Source: Schmidtea polychroa (lineage: Eukaryota). From it: 64,000 nucleotides of DNA. Made by a program: the position numbers and the translations under genes. Of the stretch, positions 1-13,459 are shown in pieces. Within the stretch, counting starts at the first letter, position 1; the number at the start of each line of letters is the position of its first letter. Below the pieces are notes generated by a model, which made no database searches, was not told the DNA's origin, and saw nothing but the letters and a program-made list of their open reading frames with translations. The stretch covers positions 77,314,001-77,378,000 of the forward strand of contig CM097888.1 in NCBI GenBank assembly GCA_044892525.1. The letters run 5' to 3'.

Positions 1-3000
1 CTATAAACATATAGCTACCAAACCGATCATTTAAGTTAATTATCAGCTACCACACCTGATTTTATGGAATAAAGTATACAGAAAATACACCAAAGTATAG
101 AGTAAAATACACCAAAGCGCATAAATTATGAAAGGAGGACACATATTACGAGCAATTGATATGTCAAAGTTATATTTTCAATTAAATTTTCAATTTTTAA
201 AGTTTTCTAAAATATTTTTAATTTTTAATGTTAATAATATTTTTATTGAAATTAAATTTTCGTATTTATTTTGAATTTCAGGTCATGATTTTGTTTCAAA
301 TTTTTATTCAAATACAGATTTTTTGTAAGCTCTTCTAAAATGTTTTCGTTCTTAAATAATTTGGAGAAATCCCTTTTTATGTAATTGTAGTAATTTTCTC
401 CTCGTTCCGTGACTTCGATCAATATTTTTAATCATTTACTAAATACCTAAAAATAATTTCCTTTAAATTTAATATATTTTTATAAATTACTTTTTACTTT
501 GCTTTTCTTCTACATTTTCCATAATTTTCCATCACTTTCCAAATTTCTATAAACATTTCAAATTGGAATTGTATTAAAATTAATTACATTTTATATTGTT
601 CTTCTTTGCTCTTCTCCTAAAAGTGAAATGAGTTAAGTCACTTGACGAATTCCCAAATTGCATATTTTTTTTACCATAATTTTTGTCCATCCGTATATTT
701 TTATTATATGGTTATTGAGTATAATGTATGTGCGTTTGTATTTTATTTTTCTGCTTTTATATAATAACTATAAATAACCTTAATTTATGCCATGATATTT
801 GTCCTTTTTTCAAGTAGGCGTGTATATTTTTTCTATTTATAAAGTAATTATGTCTTATACTAGACCCGAATTTATGGCTTACCATAATTCATGACCTTTA
901 GTATAATATAAGTTGGTGTGCAAATCATAAACTTCTGACAAATTATTTTTTTCAAATCATGAATATACAAAATTAGGGATTATTTTTACTTATCTATATT
1001 ATTCGCCAGATATTTACTGGTGATCCGCATCGATTTTCCTTTGTTTTACGCATATTTATTTTTCAGTATATGGTTTTGTTTTATTCTTAAATGATTTGGT
1101 TATTGTAAGAATTAATGTATCGACACAGCTGTTAGATGATACCAATTAATATACGAAGGCTGTAAGACCTGTTTTTTAGGAAGGTCATAATGTACGCATG
1201 ATGGAGATCAACCGGAAAAGGACAAATTATGACTGAAACAGACGGAAGTTCCTAAATAACGAGCAAAGCAATTCAAGATACGATGCAATGCAAAGACATG
1301 GAGTCTACGTGGTTAGAGCCTATAACCCACCGTCTGCAACTAAAAAGACAGAGTTAATGATATCGGTAATAATTGTTTCTAAGACAATTTTCTTTAATGG
1401 CAGCTTTTGAATTTCTAATAATTTATTTGTTCTATTATGAATTTTAGGGTACACGTGTTCTGTAAAATGAAAAGTGCAAAATCGATTAGTGTTTTCATAT
1501 TATTATATTCATTTATTAATGATTTTTCATAAAAAATATACATTATTACAAAAAAGAAAAATTTTTAAAATTAGTTATTTCGATTTCAACTTTCTATTTG
1601 TCATCGACTAGTACTTTTTCCACTGAAAAATATTAGTTTTTACATTTTTGAATATTTACTTAGTTTTTAATTAATTTCTAACAATTTCCAATTTTTCATT
1701 TTACTTTATTCGTTTTTTATATAACCCCAAAAATATTTATCATACTTTATGCATTTTAACTTATTTCAACATTTAAAATTAACATTTTTACAATTCCTTG
1801 CAATTAAAACATTTCCATTAAAACAATTAAATTCTTTTCATGTTTGAGATTACCTTCTTTTCATATAAATCATTAGTTTCGAATCAATTTAAACAAATAT
1901 TTTAATCATTTGCATTTTAAAAGATCGCTGCTCATGAAAAAAATTTTAAACGCCGACAATTATAATAAAAATCCTTTATTTTTAATTAGCCCAAACCTGA
2001 ATTATTTTATATTAAATCTGGTTAATATTGAATTTCAACCTATTTAGTTGTATTAATAAATAAAATATTTTCCTGAAAAAAAATCGAGAGACCGAGAAAT
2101 TATCTGCTGTTTGATGAGACATTTCCTGGGAAAATGAATTGCAAAATTGAGTGATTTGCCGATTCTTTGAAAAAAAAATTCTTATTCGAATTATACATAA
2201 ATTACTATTGCTTTTATCAACAGTAGTTATTTATTTTATTTTAAAGAGATTGGTGCTTAGTGAATTATTTTATATTCTGGAGTCACTGATTAATCTGTCA
2301 TCAACTCATCACTAAATGCCTTCATAAATATTAGCCCGCACTATTCGTGTACACATCGCAGTAACCATATTGGTGATGTACACATTAGCCGAAAATCAAT
2401 GAACTGTCGAGATCTATTGTTAGAACTTCTCATTGCATCTTCTTTTATGGGTTCAAGATTTCCGATAGGAAGTCTTACGCCGCTTTGTTATTCTGTTATA
2501 ATTACTGGGATTATGGATCTTTAATATCTTTATCATCTTTATTACCATGGTCCTCATTATTAAGTAGAAAAGAAGTAGAAAAAACCCCTAACGCACAAAC
2601 TCAACATATAATAAAATATCCATGTAAACTTTCGATATGTAAAAATATAGTATGGAATAATAACCTTTAAAATTTTAATATTTGAAGAAATCATAACAAA
2701 TAAAAATCTAAAATTTAATGTCAGAAAATTTACTTGACCTTAACATGACCCTGGCCCGCTTACCCTTTCAATATGTTTTTTTAATTCATGAAAATTTTAT
2801 TTCAGATTTATTGTCAAATAAATATGACAAAAAAATTAAGCAGGAATAGACTTGTCTACTGACCTATGATCGTGCAATACACTTGTAAGTATTTAATACA
2901 TGTTTAGTATATATCAGAAGTTCTCTGTGACAATAAGTCCTTACAGGATTGAAATGATTAAATCCTCTTTGACCTACTTTTTCTTGGAGAGGGGAGGTGG

Positions 3001-5517
3001 TTGACCCTTATCTGAAGGTCTCAAATCCACCTACTTATGGTGTCAGAATAAGTAATAGAAGAATGGTTGATAAATGAAAATCTTTCAACATTATTAGTTT
3101 TACCGAAACGATAGAATAGTGGATAAGCAGTAATTGAAAAATTAGTGAGTTTAACAGAACTTGAAATTCTTTTGTCAATGTGGTAGACATTTTTAATAAT
3201 AATATAAAAAACAACAAAAATTCCTTCGATACTTCACTGATTTAATTAACAAGAAGATTGACTACAAAAAAATGAAAAAGTCGGCAAATACACCATTGCA
3301 ATTTGATTAGAAACAATTAGCAATTTAGAAGAAAAATCTTATAAACCGGGGGGAATTTTTATACAATGCATAAATTGTAAGGAGATCGTGTTACATTCCT
3401 AGCTAAACTATTCATTAAAATAGTTTAAAGCAGACATTTTCAACGAATTCTTTGAAGTCTGCAATATTGGAAAAATTAGAATAAATAAAAGAAAAAAAAT
3501 GAAAAAAAAACAAATGTGAATTTTCAATAAAAGAAAGAACATTTTTGTATAATGTTTAGAAAGATAAATCGATTGCTTTGAAATAATAAAATCAGTAAGA
3601 AAGAAGTAAAGGTTCAGGAAGTATTGGACAAAAATGGGGTCTAACAAAAACTTTCTTGGCAACATAAAGGCAGAAGTTCAATAAACAGAAACACTATCGA
3701 AAGGAATATTAGAAGATCGGTGAGACTATACTCAGACTCAACATTCGAATTTCCACAGATGACTAAGGCCAGTATTATAAGGAAATCGAACCCAGAGTAA
3801 ACATGAATATAATTTTATTTTATTAAGTTTTATAGGGAATGCAAACGGAATAATCTAAGTTATGGGTTGCAGGCAAGTACTCAAATGGTCCTAGAATTGT
3901 CAATGGAAGGTCTATGTTCATCTTTACTTTTAGATCCCAAAACCATTTACATTTCTTCCTAAAAAATTAACGAATTCGTGATTTCGGATAAGTCAATAAT
4001 ATATATTTATCACTATTGTATTATAAGAACTTATTTTTTCAAATTTCGCCAATGATTTCTTTTCCATTGTATTAATTAAAAAGCTTGACTGTGGATCAGT
4101 AAATATATCGATTTTTTTGATATTCACGAATTTTTGGAACTACTTGTTTCAAGTGAACCTGGTCTTCTTTTCTCTTCGTCATCTACTTTGTTGCTTCACA
4201 CATTTATGAAAATCGGGATATTCACACTTAACCCCTGATCCTAGAGTTCCGTTTGAAGTTTCGACATGTTTATCTTCTTTATGTGCATATGGTGAGGTCC
4301 ATGATAACGAATTCGAATTCCTGAAATTAAACATAAAGCATATTATTCTCATACCACTTCAATTATTCTCATTCTCAGTCATGAATGGACTCTCGCGCAG
4401 ATCTTAAAAAACTTATATTCAAACTATGAGTGAGCTTATGGTTATTCTGACTGATTATTTAGCTGCCTTGTCGGATTGGAAAGAAATACAGGTAGTAAAT
4501 CGTCTCTCTCGCATATGTCTGTGCTGAAATGGTGTGCAGATTTCTTACCGTCAAACATAAAGATACAGAAATGCTAGTAGGAAATTCTCNNNNNNNNNNN
4601 NNNNNNNNNNNNNNNNNNNNNNNNNNNNNNNNNNNNNNNNNNNNNNNNNNNNNNNNNNNNNNNNNNNNNNNNNNNNNNNNNNNNNNNNNNNNNNNNNNNN
4701 NNNNNNNNNNNNNNNNNNNNNNNNNNNNNNNNNNNNNNNNNNNNNNNNNNNNNNNNNNNNNNNNNNNNNNNNNNNNNNNNNNNNNNNNNNNNNNNNNNNN
4801 NNNNNNNNNNNNNNNNNNNNNNNNNNNNNNNNNNNNNNNNNNNNNNNNNNNNNNNNNNNNNNNNNNNNNNTACACTTATTACACTTAAATCACATGAAAA
4901 AGGCTGTTCCGAAAATTCATGAATATCAAAAAAACATCGATATTTTTTACTGTTTCAATTTCAATTTTTTAATAAATATAATGCAAACTTATTAATTCAC
5001 CAAATTAATTCAAAAACATAAATGTTCAATGGTTATTTAATAAAATTTTAACGGTACCGGGTCTCCGTCATTTGACCAAGGAACACGTTGGGACAAAATC
5101 AAATTTATCCTACTGAAATTCGTTGTAAAATAAATGGAATTAACTATGAGAAAATATTATTGTCTTAAACTTTCATTAATCCAAAATGTTTATCTCATTA
5201 TAACAAAAAATTCTATTTTCTACTTAAAAAATGAAACTAAATATTTTCTTTGGCCGTAATTCAACCAGGAATAATTATCTGAAATTTCAATTTTCTTTTC
5301 ATTAAAATGACTAATTACAGAGTAACGTTTTATTATTAGGTTTAATTATTAAAAATGTAATTTGTTTAATATTTAATTATCTTTTATATTTTTAATAATC
5401 TTGAAAACTGTAAGTCACATTTATACAGATAATTATCGCTCTTTTGCTATATCTGTTGGACTCTACCCCAGCCTACCAAAAGTCTCCAATCAGGCAGTTA
5501 TTTACATATTGCAGTCT

Positions 5518-5664
5518 ATAATGAACAGTCTAATGAATAGTTTATGATGAACAGTTTATAATGAACAGTTAATAATGAAATGTTTATAATGAACAGTTAA
5601 AAATGAAATGTTTATAATGAACAGTTAATAATGAAATGTTTATAATGAACGGTTTATAATGAAC
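5518..5664. repeat. Imperfect 14-bp tandem repeat (ATAATGAACAGTTT-like) with partial 28-bp higher-order alternation
   Basis: About 10 consecutive units are visible; the middle units alternate ATAATGAACAGTTA / ATAATGAAATGTTT. Confidence 0.85.
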
Positions 5665-6142
5665 AACAATGGAAACAAATGTCACAAACACACACGAATG
5701 CTGAATGTCTGTAGTGCTGAGAGAGTTAATACTTCGTTATATTACCTTTCCTCTGGTACAACTAGAAACCTAACGAAAAATGAAAAATACGATTTTAATA
5801 AATAAATAATTTTTCCTTTTATTTACGGCATTTGATATTAGCAAAATATGCGGCCCTATAATTAATCAAAATATTAAATAAATTTTTCTCAGTTTTCTAA
5901 AATAATAATCGTAAATTATATTTCATATTTTTTTAATATAAGACGCATTAGAATGACTGACAAAATTCTCACTTTTTTAGAATTTCTAATATTTTTAAAA
6001 TATTTTTTAATATTTAATTTCTAAAAAAGTTATATTTAAAGATTATCCATATAATATTTTTATTTGTATATTTGTTTAAATAAATATGTATTGAAACTTT
6101 GAAAATATTAAAATTTTGAGAAAAATTAAATAGCTTTCGGGT

Positions 6143-7155
6143 TATGGGCGTCCGCAAGAGTGGTCACTTGCCACCCCTGGATTTCCCAAACCATTCTATT
6201 TTTCGATTAATTTAAACACATTACATATCAATAGATGCGCTCAAACAAAGTTGGAAAAACCCAAGACAAAAAAAGTTAATAAAGAAATTTAATTTAAAGA
6301 GGCATTAATGTTAAACTATAAATACATTGATTAATAATGAAAATAATAAAGAAACTTATCGACAAATTGTAAAGCTTAATAATTAATAATCCTTTATTTT
6401 CTTATTTACTGATTGATTATTTTTAAATTCAAATTATTTATCTTCATTTTCGACTATAGATCAATATTTTTTTTCATTTTTTATGCATTTTTTGAAGTGT
6501 TTGTCGAACAATATTATTTTACTTGAGAAAAAAAAGATGAAAGGTTTGAGTTTTGATAAAATAGAATAGAGCTAAATGCAGCACAGACAAAATGCCGGAG
6601 AGTTTTTTAAGACCATTATTTCTCAAAGTGAGAAATTGGCAGAACAATTAAACATCCAGTTGACAATTCCCAGACAATGTAAGAGGCAAACACACCGTTC
6701 AAATAATGGTGGTTCAACTGTTGAAGAATACTTTCGAAGATCTGTCTTTATACCATGCTTGGATTCAATCATCTCATCGTTGGAGACCAGATTCAATGAC
6801 AATAACAAAATCAATTTTAGTCTATTTTAACTTCACCCAGTCGAAATGTTGAAACTTTCAAAAGATGAATTCAAAACTCACACAGAAAACATCATAATAG
6901 TATCAAATTGAAAACTTTGATGCTGAGGCAAGTACTTAGTTTGATATGTAATCAAGTAAAAAGTCGGATTTTGAAATCAAAAGTCGCGATGGAATGATGG
7001 ATTCATTATAATTCACAGACCTTTTTTCAGCTATTAAGAAAGCAGTTCTTATTGCTTTAACATTGCCAGTGACAGCTTGCACGGTTGAAAGATCATTTAG
7101 TACACTGAGAAGAATTAAAACGTGGCTAAGGTCCATAATGTGTGAAAATAGACTT
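6143..7155 (+). mobile_element. Degraded hAT (Tip100/ZMYM-like) transposon remnant
   Basis: ORF 6576..6830 reads IPRQCKRQTHRSN...EEYFRRSVFIPCLDSIISSLETRF. Near 7020-7155 the + strand reads ALTLPVTACTVERSFSTLRRIKTWLRSIMCENRL, the hAT C-terminal dimerisation motif. Stops and frameshifts lie between. The GC-rich TATGGGCGTCCGCAAG at 6143 may be the left end. Confidence 0.8.
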
Positions 7156-7170
7156 AAACTTACAAATTAA

Positions 7171-7315
7171 GGAGAATATCTCAGTGGAAATGTTGAAGCC
7201 GATGATAATTTCACTCGGAATTTAAGGAATAGTTACAATCAGGAGATTTGTAATTCGATAAAATATATAATGCCGATGAGACAGGCTTATATTGGATGTG
7301 TTTGTCTACAAAGAA
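7171..7315 (+). mobile_element. pogo/Tigger transposase fragment
   Basis: 7263 onward translates IYNADETGLYWMCLSTK, matching the pogo/CENP-B-type NxDETGL motif with the first catalytic D. It directly abuts the truncated hAT. Confidence 0.7.
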
Positions 7316-7992
7316 ACATCCACCCCAGATCACAAATGAACTTAAACAACTATGTGACATATATTAATTAAACTACATAAAATATGTCTGTCCCAGCAGG
7401 CCCATGGTTTTAAAGTCGATTAATTAAACTAAATAGAATATTTCTTTGACCCAGCGAGCCCATATCTCACTACTACCCAGGTTCTGGAAGGGGATCCAAT
7501 ACAACCTTGATACAAATATACATGTTCGAATATATGAATTCTGTTCATAATTCGCAGTTATCTGAAGATCTTTATAACATTATTAACGGGTGGTTCTATA
7601 ACATATTTAAAGAGATGTTAAAATTATTTGTAAAAATGCAGTGTCAAAAATCTGTGTTAAATAGAAGAAAAATTTAATCTATTGTCGTAGTGAAAACAAA
7701 TATTTGGATGCATCTAATTTCAATTAAAAATATAAAAATGAATCAAAAAATAAATCAAAAATGAATCGAAAATAAATTTAACAATCCAGTATTTGAATAT
7801 AGACTAAAAAGCCTGATTCAAACAAAATTTATGTACATTTTAAGCCTTAAAAGTAAATTTTGTCATATTCTGAAAAAATAATTTAATTAAATAAAATAAT
7901 TATTATCAACCAATCACGATAAGCCAATCAAAAACCAAATAAAATGTTATAGATATTTTTTTGTTGGAAGACAATGATTTTATTTCCATAGA

Positions 7993-8466
7993 ATGTATAA
8001 TTATTCTTATAATTCAACTTTACCGGAAATTCCATCATTTAACGGATACAATTTATTCAAATCTGTGTTTTATTTTATTGTGTTCTTTATTTCTATTCTG
8101 GGAAACACTCACACTATTTTCTTTACTCGCAAATTACAAAAGAGATCAAAACTAAGCTACAGATCTTTGTACAGAATGATAATGCAATTGGCTTTTGCCG
8201 ACATTCTTGTATGCCTGTTTTTCGTATTGACACAAGCGATTTGGAATATCTTTGTCAGCTGGAGAGGAGGAAGTTTCTTGTGTAAACTGATGAAAATGGG
8301 TCAAGCATTCAGCATCTATTTAAGCACATATATCATGAGTCTCGTGAGTCTCGACCGTGCTATCGCAATATGTAAACCGATTCACCATCTACACAGCTGG
8401 AACAGAAATATTAAAATAATAATAATATGCCTTTGGATTTATTCTTTTCTATTGGCCATTCCACAA
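7993..8466 (+). CDS. GPCR exon 1 (N-terminus, TM1-TM4)
   Basis: ATG at 7993; N-glycosylation sequons NYS and NST in the short N-terminus; ends ...LAIPQ at donor CAA|GTAATC (8467), phase 0. The ORF-track tail VIHKYIIWTF is intron read-through. Confidence 0.92.
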
Positions 8467-11400
8467 GTAATCCATAAATATATTATTTGGACTTTTTAAA
8501 TAATTATTATTATTAATGTATTAAGCTAGTAAATGATAATATAATCTTTTTGCTACAAAGTATAGATTGGATAAAATAAAAAATTTCGATTATAAAAATA
8601 ATCCTTGTCGATTTCTTAGGATTTTAGTTGTTCCGAGTATCACATTCTGAATTGATCTTCTTTTTAAAATTAATTTTCTGCCTTCTCATTGGTTGAAATA
8701 ATTAAAAATAAATTAAAATAGAACTTTTCAAGAATTTAAATTCAAAATTAAAATAACTATCAAATTCAAATAAAAAGAATATAAAATTTTTAAATGTTCT
8801 ATATTTCTGTATTTTTTATAAAACCTTTAATAATTTTCTATATATAATTCAAAAATAACAAACATAATAAATAACAAAAATATAATAATAAACATATTTT
8901 CTTAGATGTCTGGCAGTTTTCCATTGTGCAAATGCTTTCTAGTTTGTGTTATTTGCTAGAACTTCCAATTTCCAGGACTCACGCGCCAATGTGTTTAAGT
9001 TCTTACATGATTTTCAAGTCGAATATGTCGTTGATGAATGGATTGTATCCCTTTCAATGTTCTTATTGTGATATCTGTTTTTATATTGGACTTTATTGAA
9101 GTTTAATTGTTGTTTATAGTTCTCCTCTTCAGTACATCAATTGGATATCCTTTGTTTCTCGTACATTATGAAATTTACATTCAGTAAGTATGAAAGTACT
9201 GATCTTTGGTGCATAAATATTTCTTCATGGACTGGTTTTTGTAGAATCTATAGATTGGAGTATCTACTTCCAAAACAACTNNNNNNNNNNNNNNNNNNNN
9301 NNNNNNNNNNNNNNNNNNNNNNNNNNNNNNNNNNNNNNNNNNNNNNNNNNNNNNNNNNNNNNNNNNNNNNNNNNNNNNNNNNNNNNNNNNNNNNNNNNNN
9401 NNNNNNNNNNNNNNNNNNNNNNNNNNNNNNNNNNNNNNNNNNNNNNNNNNNNNNTTTGTAAAAATAAGGAAACAAATCTCACACACAAAAGATTTTTTGA
9501 CAATTTTTTATTTAATAAAATTGTTTATTTGGATATAGAAAGTAAGGATGATAATCTGAATTGATCAATTGAAATTTTGGAATGACCATAACCGAGTCAG
9601 CTTCCCTGCAATATTGATATAATAAGGTTTTATTGGGGCTTCCTCAGTTTGTTGGGTTTACTATTTTTAATTGTGAATAATTGATAATTTTTACTAGTCA
9701 TTCTAGATTAAGAGACAGAAAAATTTCGATTATTTTGATGTTTTTACTCCATATTCAAACATAATCGAATATTTGACTAAAGAAGTTGTTGTTTCATTTA
9801 ATAAAGTTGTGACCAAAAGCAATAAAATCTAAACTCTATTGCAAATATATTTATCAACAATCGCATAACTCATTTTCATGAAGCTCTTGAAAAAATACCT
9901 ATTTCAAGAAAACTAAAGCTGGTTTACCAATATCTCAACCCGAGGATACAAGATCAATACTAATGAAGTCATCACCCCTTATATGAAAGGTTGATTACGC
10001 TAGAATCTCGTTAGGATTTCAATTGTTTAATAAGTATTCTGTTTACTTATATTTTACTTGCGTTGAGTAGATTTGTTTTCGTCTGCTTTTTATAAAATTT
10101 TTATTAGGTCCAAAAGTGAGCTATGAAATTTTTAACAAGGGGCTCGCGCGAGCCTCCTATAGCTNNNNNNNNNNNNNNNNNNNNNNNNNNNNNNNNNNNN
10201 NNNNNNNNNNNNNNNNNNNNNNNNNNNNNNNNNNNNNNNNNNNNNNNNNNNNNNNNNNNNNNNNNNNNNNNNNNNNNNNNNNNNNNNNNNNNNNNNNNNN
10301 NNNNNNNNNNNNNNNNNNNNNNNNNNNNNNNNNNNNNNNNNNNNNNNNNNNNNNNNNNNNNNNNNNNNNAAGCACATTGATCAAAAATACGTTTAACAAA
10401 AATATTTAAAAACGAGCACAGTTTTCTTATAATTTTGTAAATATATTCACATTAAACCCATAAATTCTATCGAATACAAGTTGAGTATGAAAATTTCGCT
10501 TATTATGGAACATTAGTATTAGAATATGAGAGAGGAGGTTTAATGTGAATACAAGGAGGTTTAAAATAGTTCTGTAGAGTTTACTGTAAAAATCTGTCTC
10601 AAGGCAGCTGGTATGTGTTCATTAATGCAATGAATACTTTCGCATGTATGTTATATTACAATGATAAAAATATCACATGAATTAAAACAAATATTTTTAT
10701 ATGAATCAGGAATTTTTTAACAAATACAAAGGGAAATGTGTTCTATTTTCTTCAGTTCAATGTATTTAATTCAATAAATATATTTAATAAATATATTCTG
10801 TTGTTTAATTTTCAGTTTTCTAATTTGCGTTTTCTTCTAATTTTGGTTTTGTATTGTTAAAAGAAATTAAATTTTTGTTTTGATTCTTTAATTTTTATTA
10901 TTTATGATAATTATTTTTTATTTTATATTTAGAATTTTTTTAAATAATTATTAAAAATCTCATTATAATATAGCTCATCAAAACACAAGATAAAAAGGAA
11001 ATTTTGGCAACTTTCCTATACAAATGTTAATTTAAGTGCAAAATATAAATTGAAGATAATTTATACAGAATTATCTTTATGAAAAAAATCTGAAAAATAT
11101 AATAATTAATAATTAAATTAATTAATTTATAACAATGAAAATAAAGATTTTATTATTTTAATCAATGTTCATTTTAATAAAAAAAATCAGTAAAATCTTG
11201 ACTAAATTCTCTCATTTCTACATCGTATTTGATAAATAAATTAATAATTTTGTTTCAGAATGTAAAAATATATCAGCAATGAGAAATATTACAAAAGTGA
11301 TTTTCTGTGAAAGTAATTAGCATTTTTATAGGCGTAACTGATGCTCTACAGATTATTTTTAGTTCTTTAAACAGTACAAAAAATAGGTTTGATGAATGAT

Positions 11401-13372
11401 TAGAAAAAAGCAGAAACTAAGCAATATATACAATGAAGATAAATAATTACCATATAAAAGTCAGAAAGTGCCTTGGTGAGTTCATGTCTCTTATTCTGTT
11501 TTGCTTACCTAGCATTTATATTTCAATTAAATTCCAAAATTGAGCTTTTTAACCACCCAAAAATTAAAAATATTTCACATCAAAGTTCACTTCTGTAAAA
11601 CAATTTAATAGGTATAATCAAATTTTGTTTTAAGTTTTACTATTTATATTTGTTTGAATATTATTTGTCTTTGTAGTATGAACATAAAATTTCAATAGTT
11701 TTATTCTTATCTTTATCATTTTATTTGTGATATCCCAATAACGAAACTAATTTATATAAAATAAAACCTGTTTATATGAAGCTTGTTTTAATAAGATAAT
11801 TACTTATTCTTCATTAGAGGCTAAAAGACTAAAATTTGTTTCTTTTATATAAAGCAATTTTTTATTGTATAAAAATCAGAACCTAAAACAAATTATCTTT
11901 TAATTATTTGTTTATATCAACGTTGGGTAAAGGGTATTCCATGAAAAAATTAAGAAGTTAAGAATAAATTTAATGCCATCGAAAACTTATGAAAAAATGA
12001 TTATTATTAATATTTAGTAAGTAATTTTTAGTACGCAGGATTTTTCATACGCCATGTTTACAAGTTTACAGATTTTTTATGTGATTTAGCTAATTTGCCA
12101 GTGATGTGATTTCCAGTGTATCAAGGAAAGTATGCAATAAAGCTGAATCAGCAATATTGTATATCTGGCGCGAAAAGAAATCTTTGTGTCTCCTGCATAG
12201 TAGTGATGAGGTCAAAAAGCTCGAAACTAGTCTATTATTAGGATTTGCACTGGGTATNNNNNNNNNNNNNNNNNNNNNNNNNNNNNNNNNNNNNNNNNNN
12301 NNNNNNNNNNNNNNNNNNNNNNNNNNNNNNNNNNNNNNNNNNNNNNNNNNNNNNNNNNNNNNNNNNNNNNNNNNNNNNNNNNNNNNNNNTGTTCTGTCTT
12401 TTGAAACTAGAAATGAAAGTTTAAAAATCAAATATTATCACGTCTCACTATGATACCTCCGACTCAACTTTTGTCTGATTATTTTCTGCCGATTTTCTAC
12501 CACGACTCATCTACTGTCACAATATAGCCAAACCACCAAGTCTTGTTTTTGAATTTGTTTAAATTTTTAATACAGATTTCATCAAGTTGTTTTTTACTCT
12601 GCGTACGGAGTATCCACAGTGATGTAATCTTTCAAATCTCTAAGCAGTTGTAGATTATATGATTTATTGGGCCGTGACAAAGAAATGTCTTACCTTGTAT
12701 ATAATTATAGTTGGGAACTGTTCCACTTCCTTAATGACCCGAACCAACTCAATATTTGCTGTTGTTGTCGTTGTCAAGATTCTCTCATCTCTCATTGAAA
12801 CCCACCTCATAACCGTCAAATAATGAGGTGTTTAGTCTCCGTAAACACAGACAAAATCGCCCACGAAAAGAGGTTGCTTCAAAGCCGAGTGTATATCGCA
12901 TGAGAATGTGTGACCTCATATTATTTTTCCATTTTTAAAAAATATTTTTAAAGGTTTTTGCTTCAAACAATGAGTATTTGAAATGAATGTTTATAGTTTT
13001 ATGCATAATTTTAACGATGAATAAATGTAGTTTTTAAATCAGTACTAAGATCCCTTATTTTGTCATATAAGTTAACTATATTTAAAGAGTTACAAAACTC
13101 ATTCAGTTCCGTAAGTAATTTTACAGGCGATTGTCAATCATGTTTTGGGGTCAGATTATTGTGGTAGTTACTCAAAAATATTTCTAATATTTTTGGGTTT
13201 ATAAAGAATTTCAGTAGAAATATTATAAGTTTTATTTTTAATAAAACAATTTTTCACAATTCTAATTCACTTGTTCAACAACACAGTTTGATTTAATAAT
13301 TTACTCGTGTAAATAAGAAATATGTATATCATATGTTCATCACTGACTGACTGACTGTGTAATGCTATTATA

Positions 13373-13459
<87 letters not shown>

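Noticed and set aside
3300-3960. Possible LINE RT remnant (KPGGIFIQC...LNYSL)
   Set aside because: Too degraded, with no diagnostic RT motif; left uncalled.
4130-4590. Possible spliced exon or THAP-domain remnant on the minus strand
   Set aside because: No frame stays open between the candidate splice sites, and the THAP resemblance needs assumed indels.
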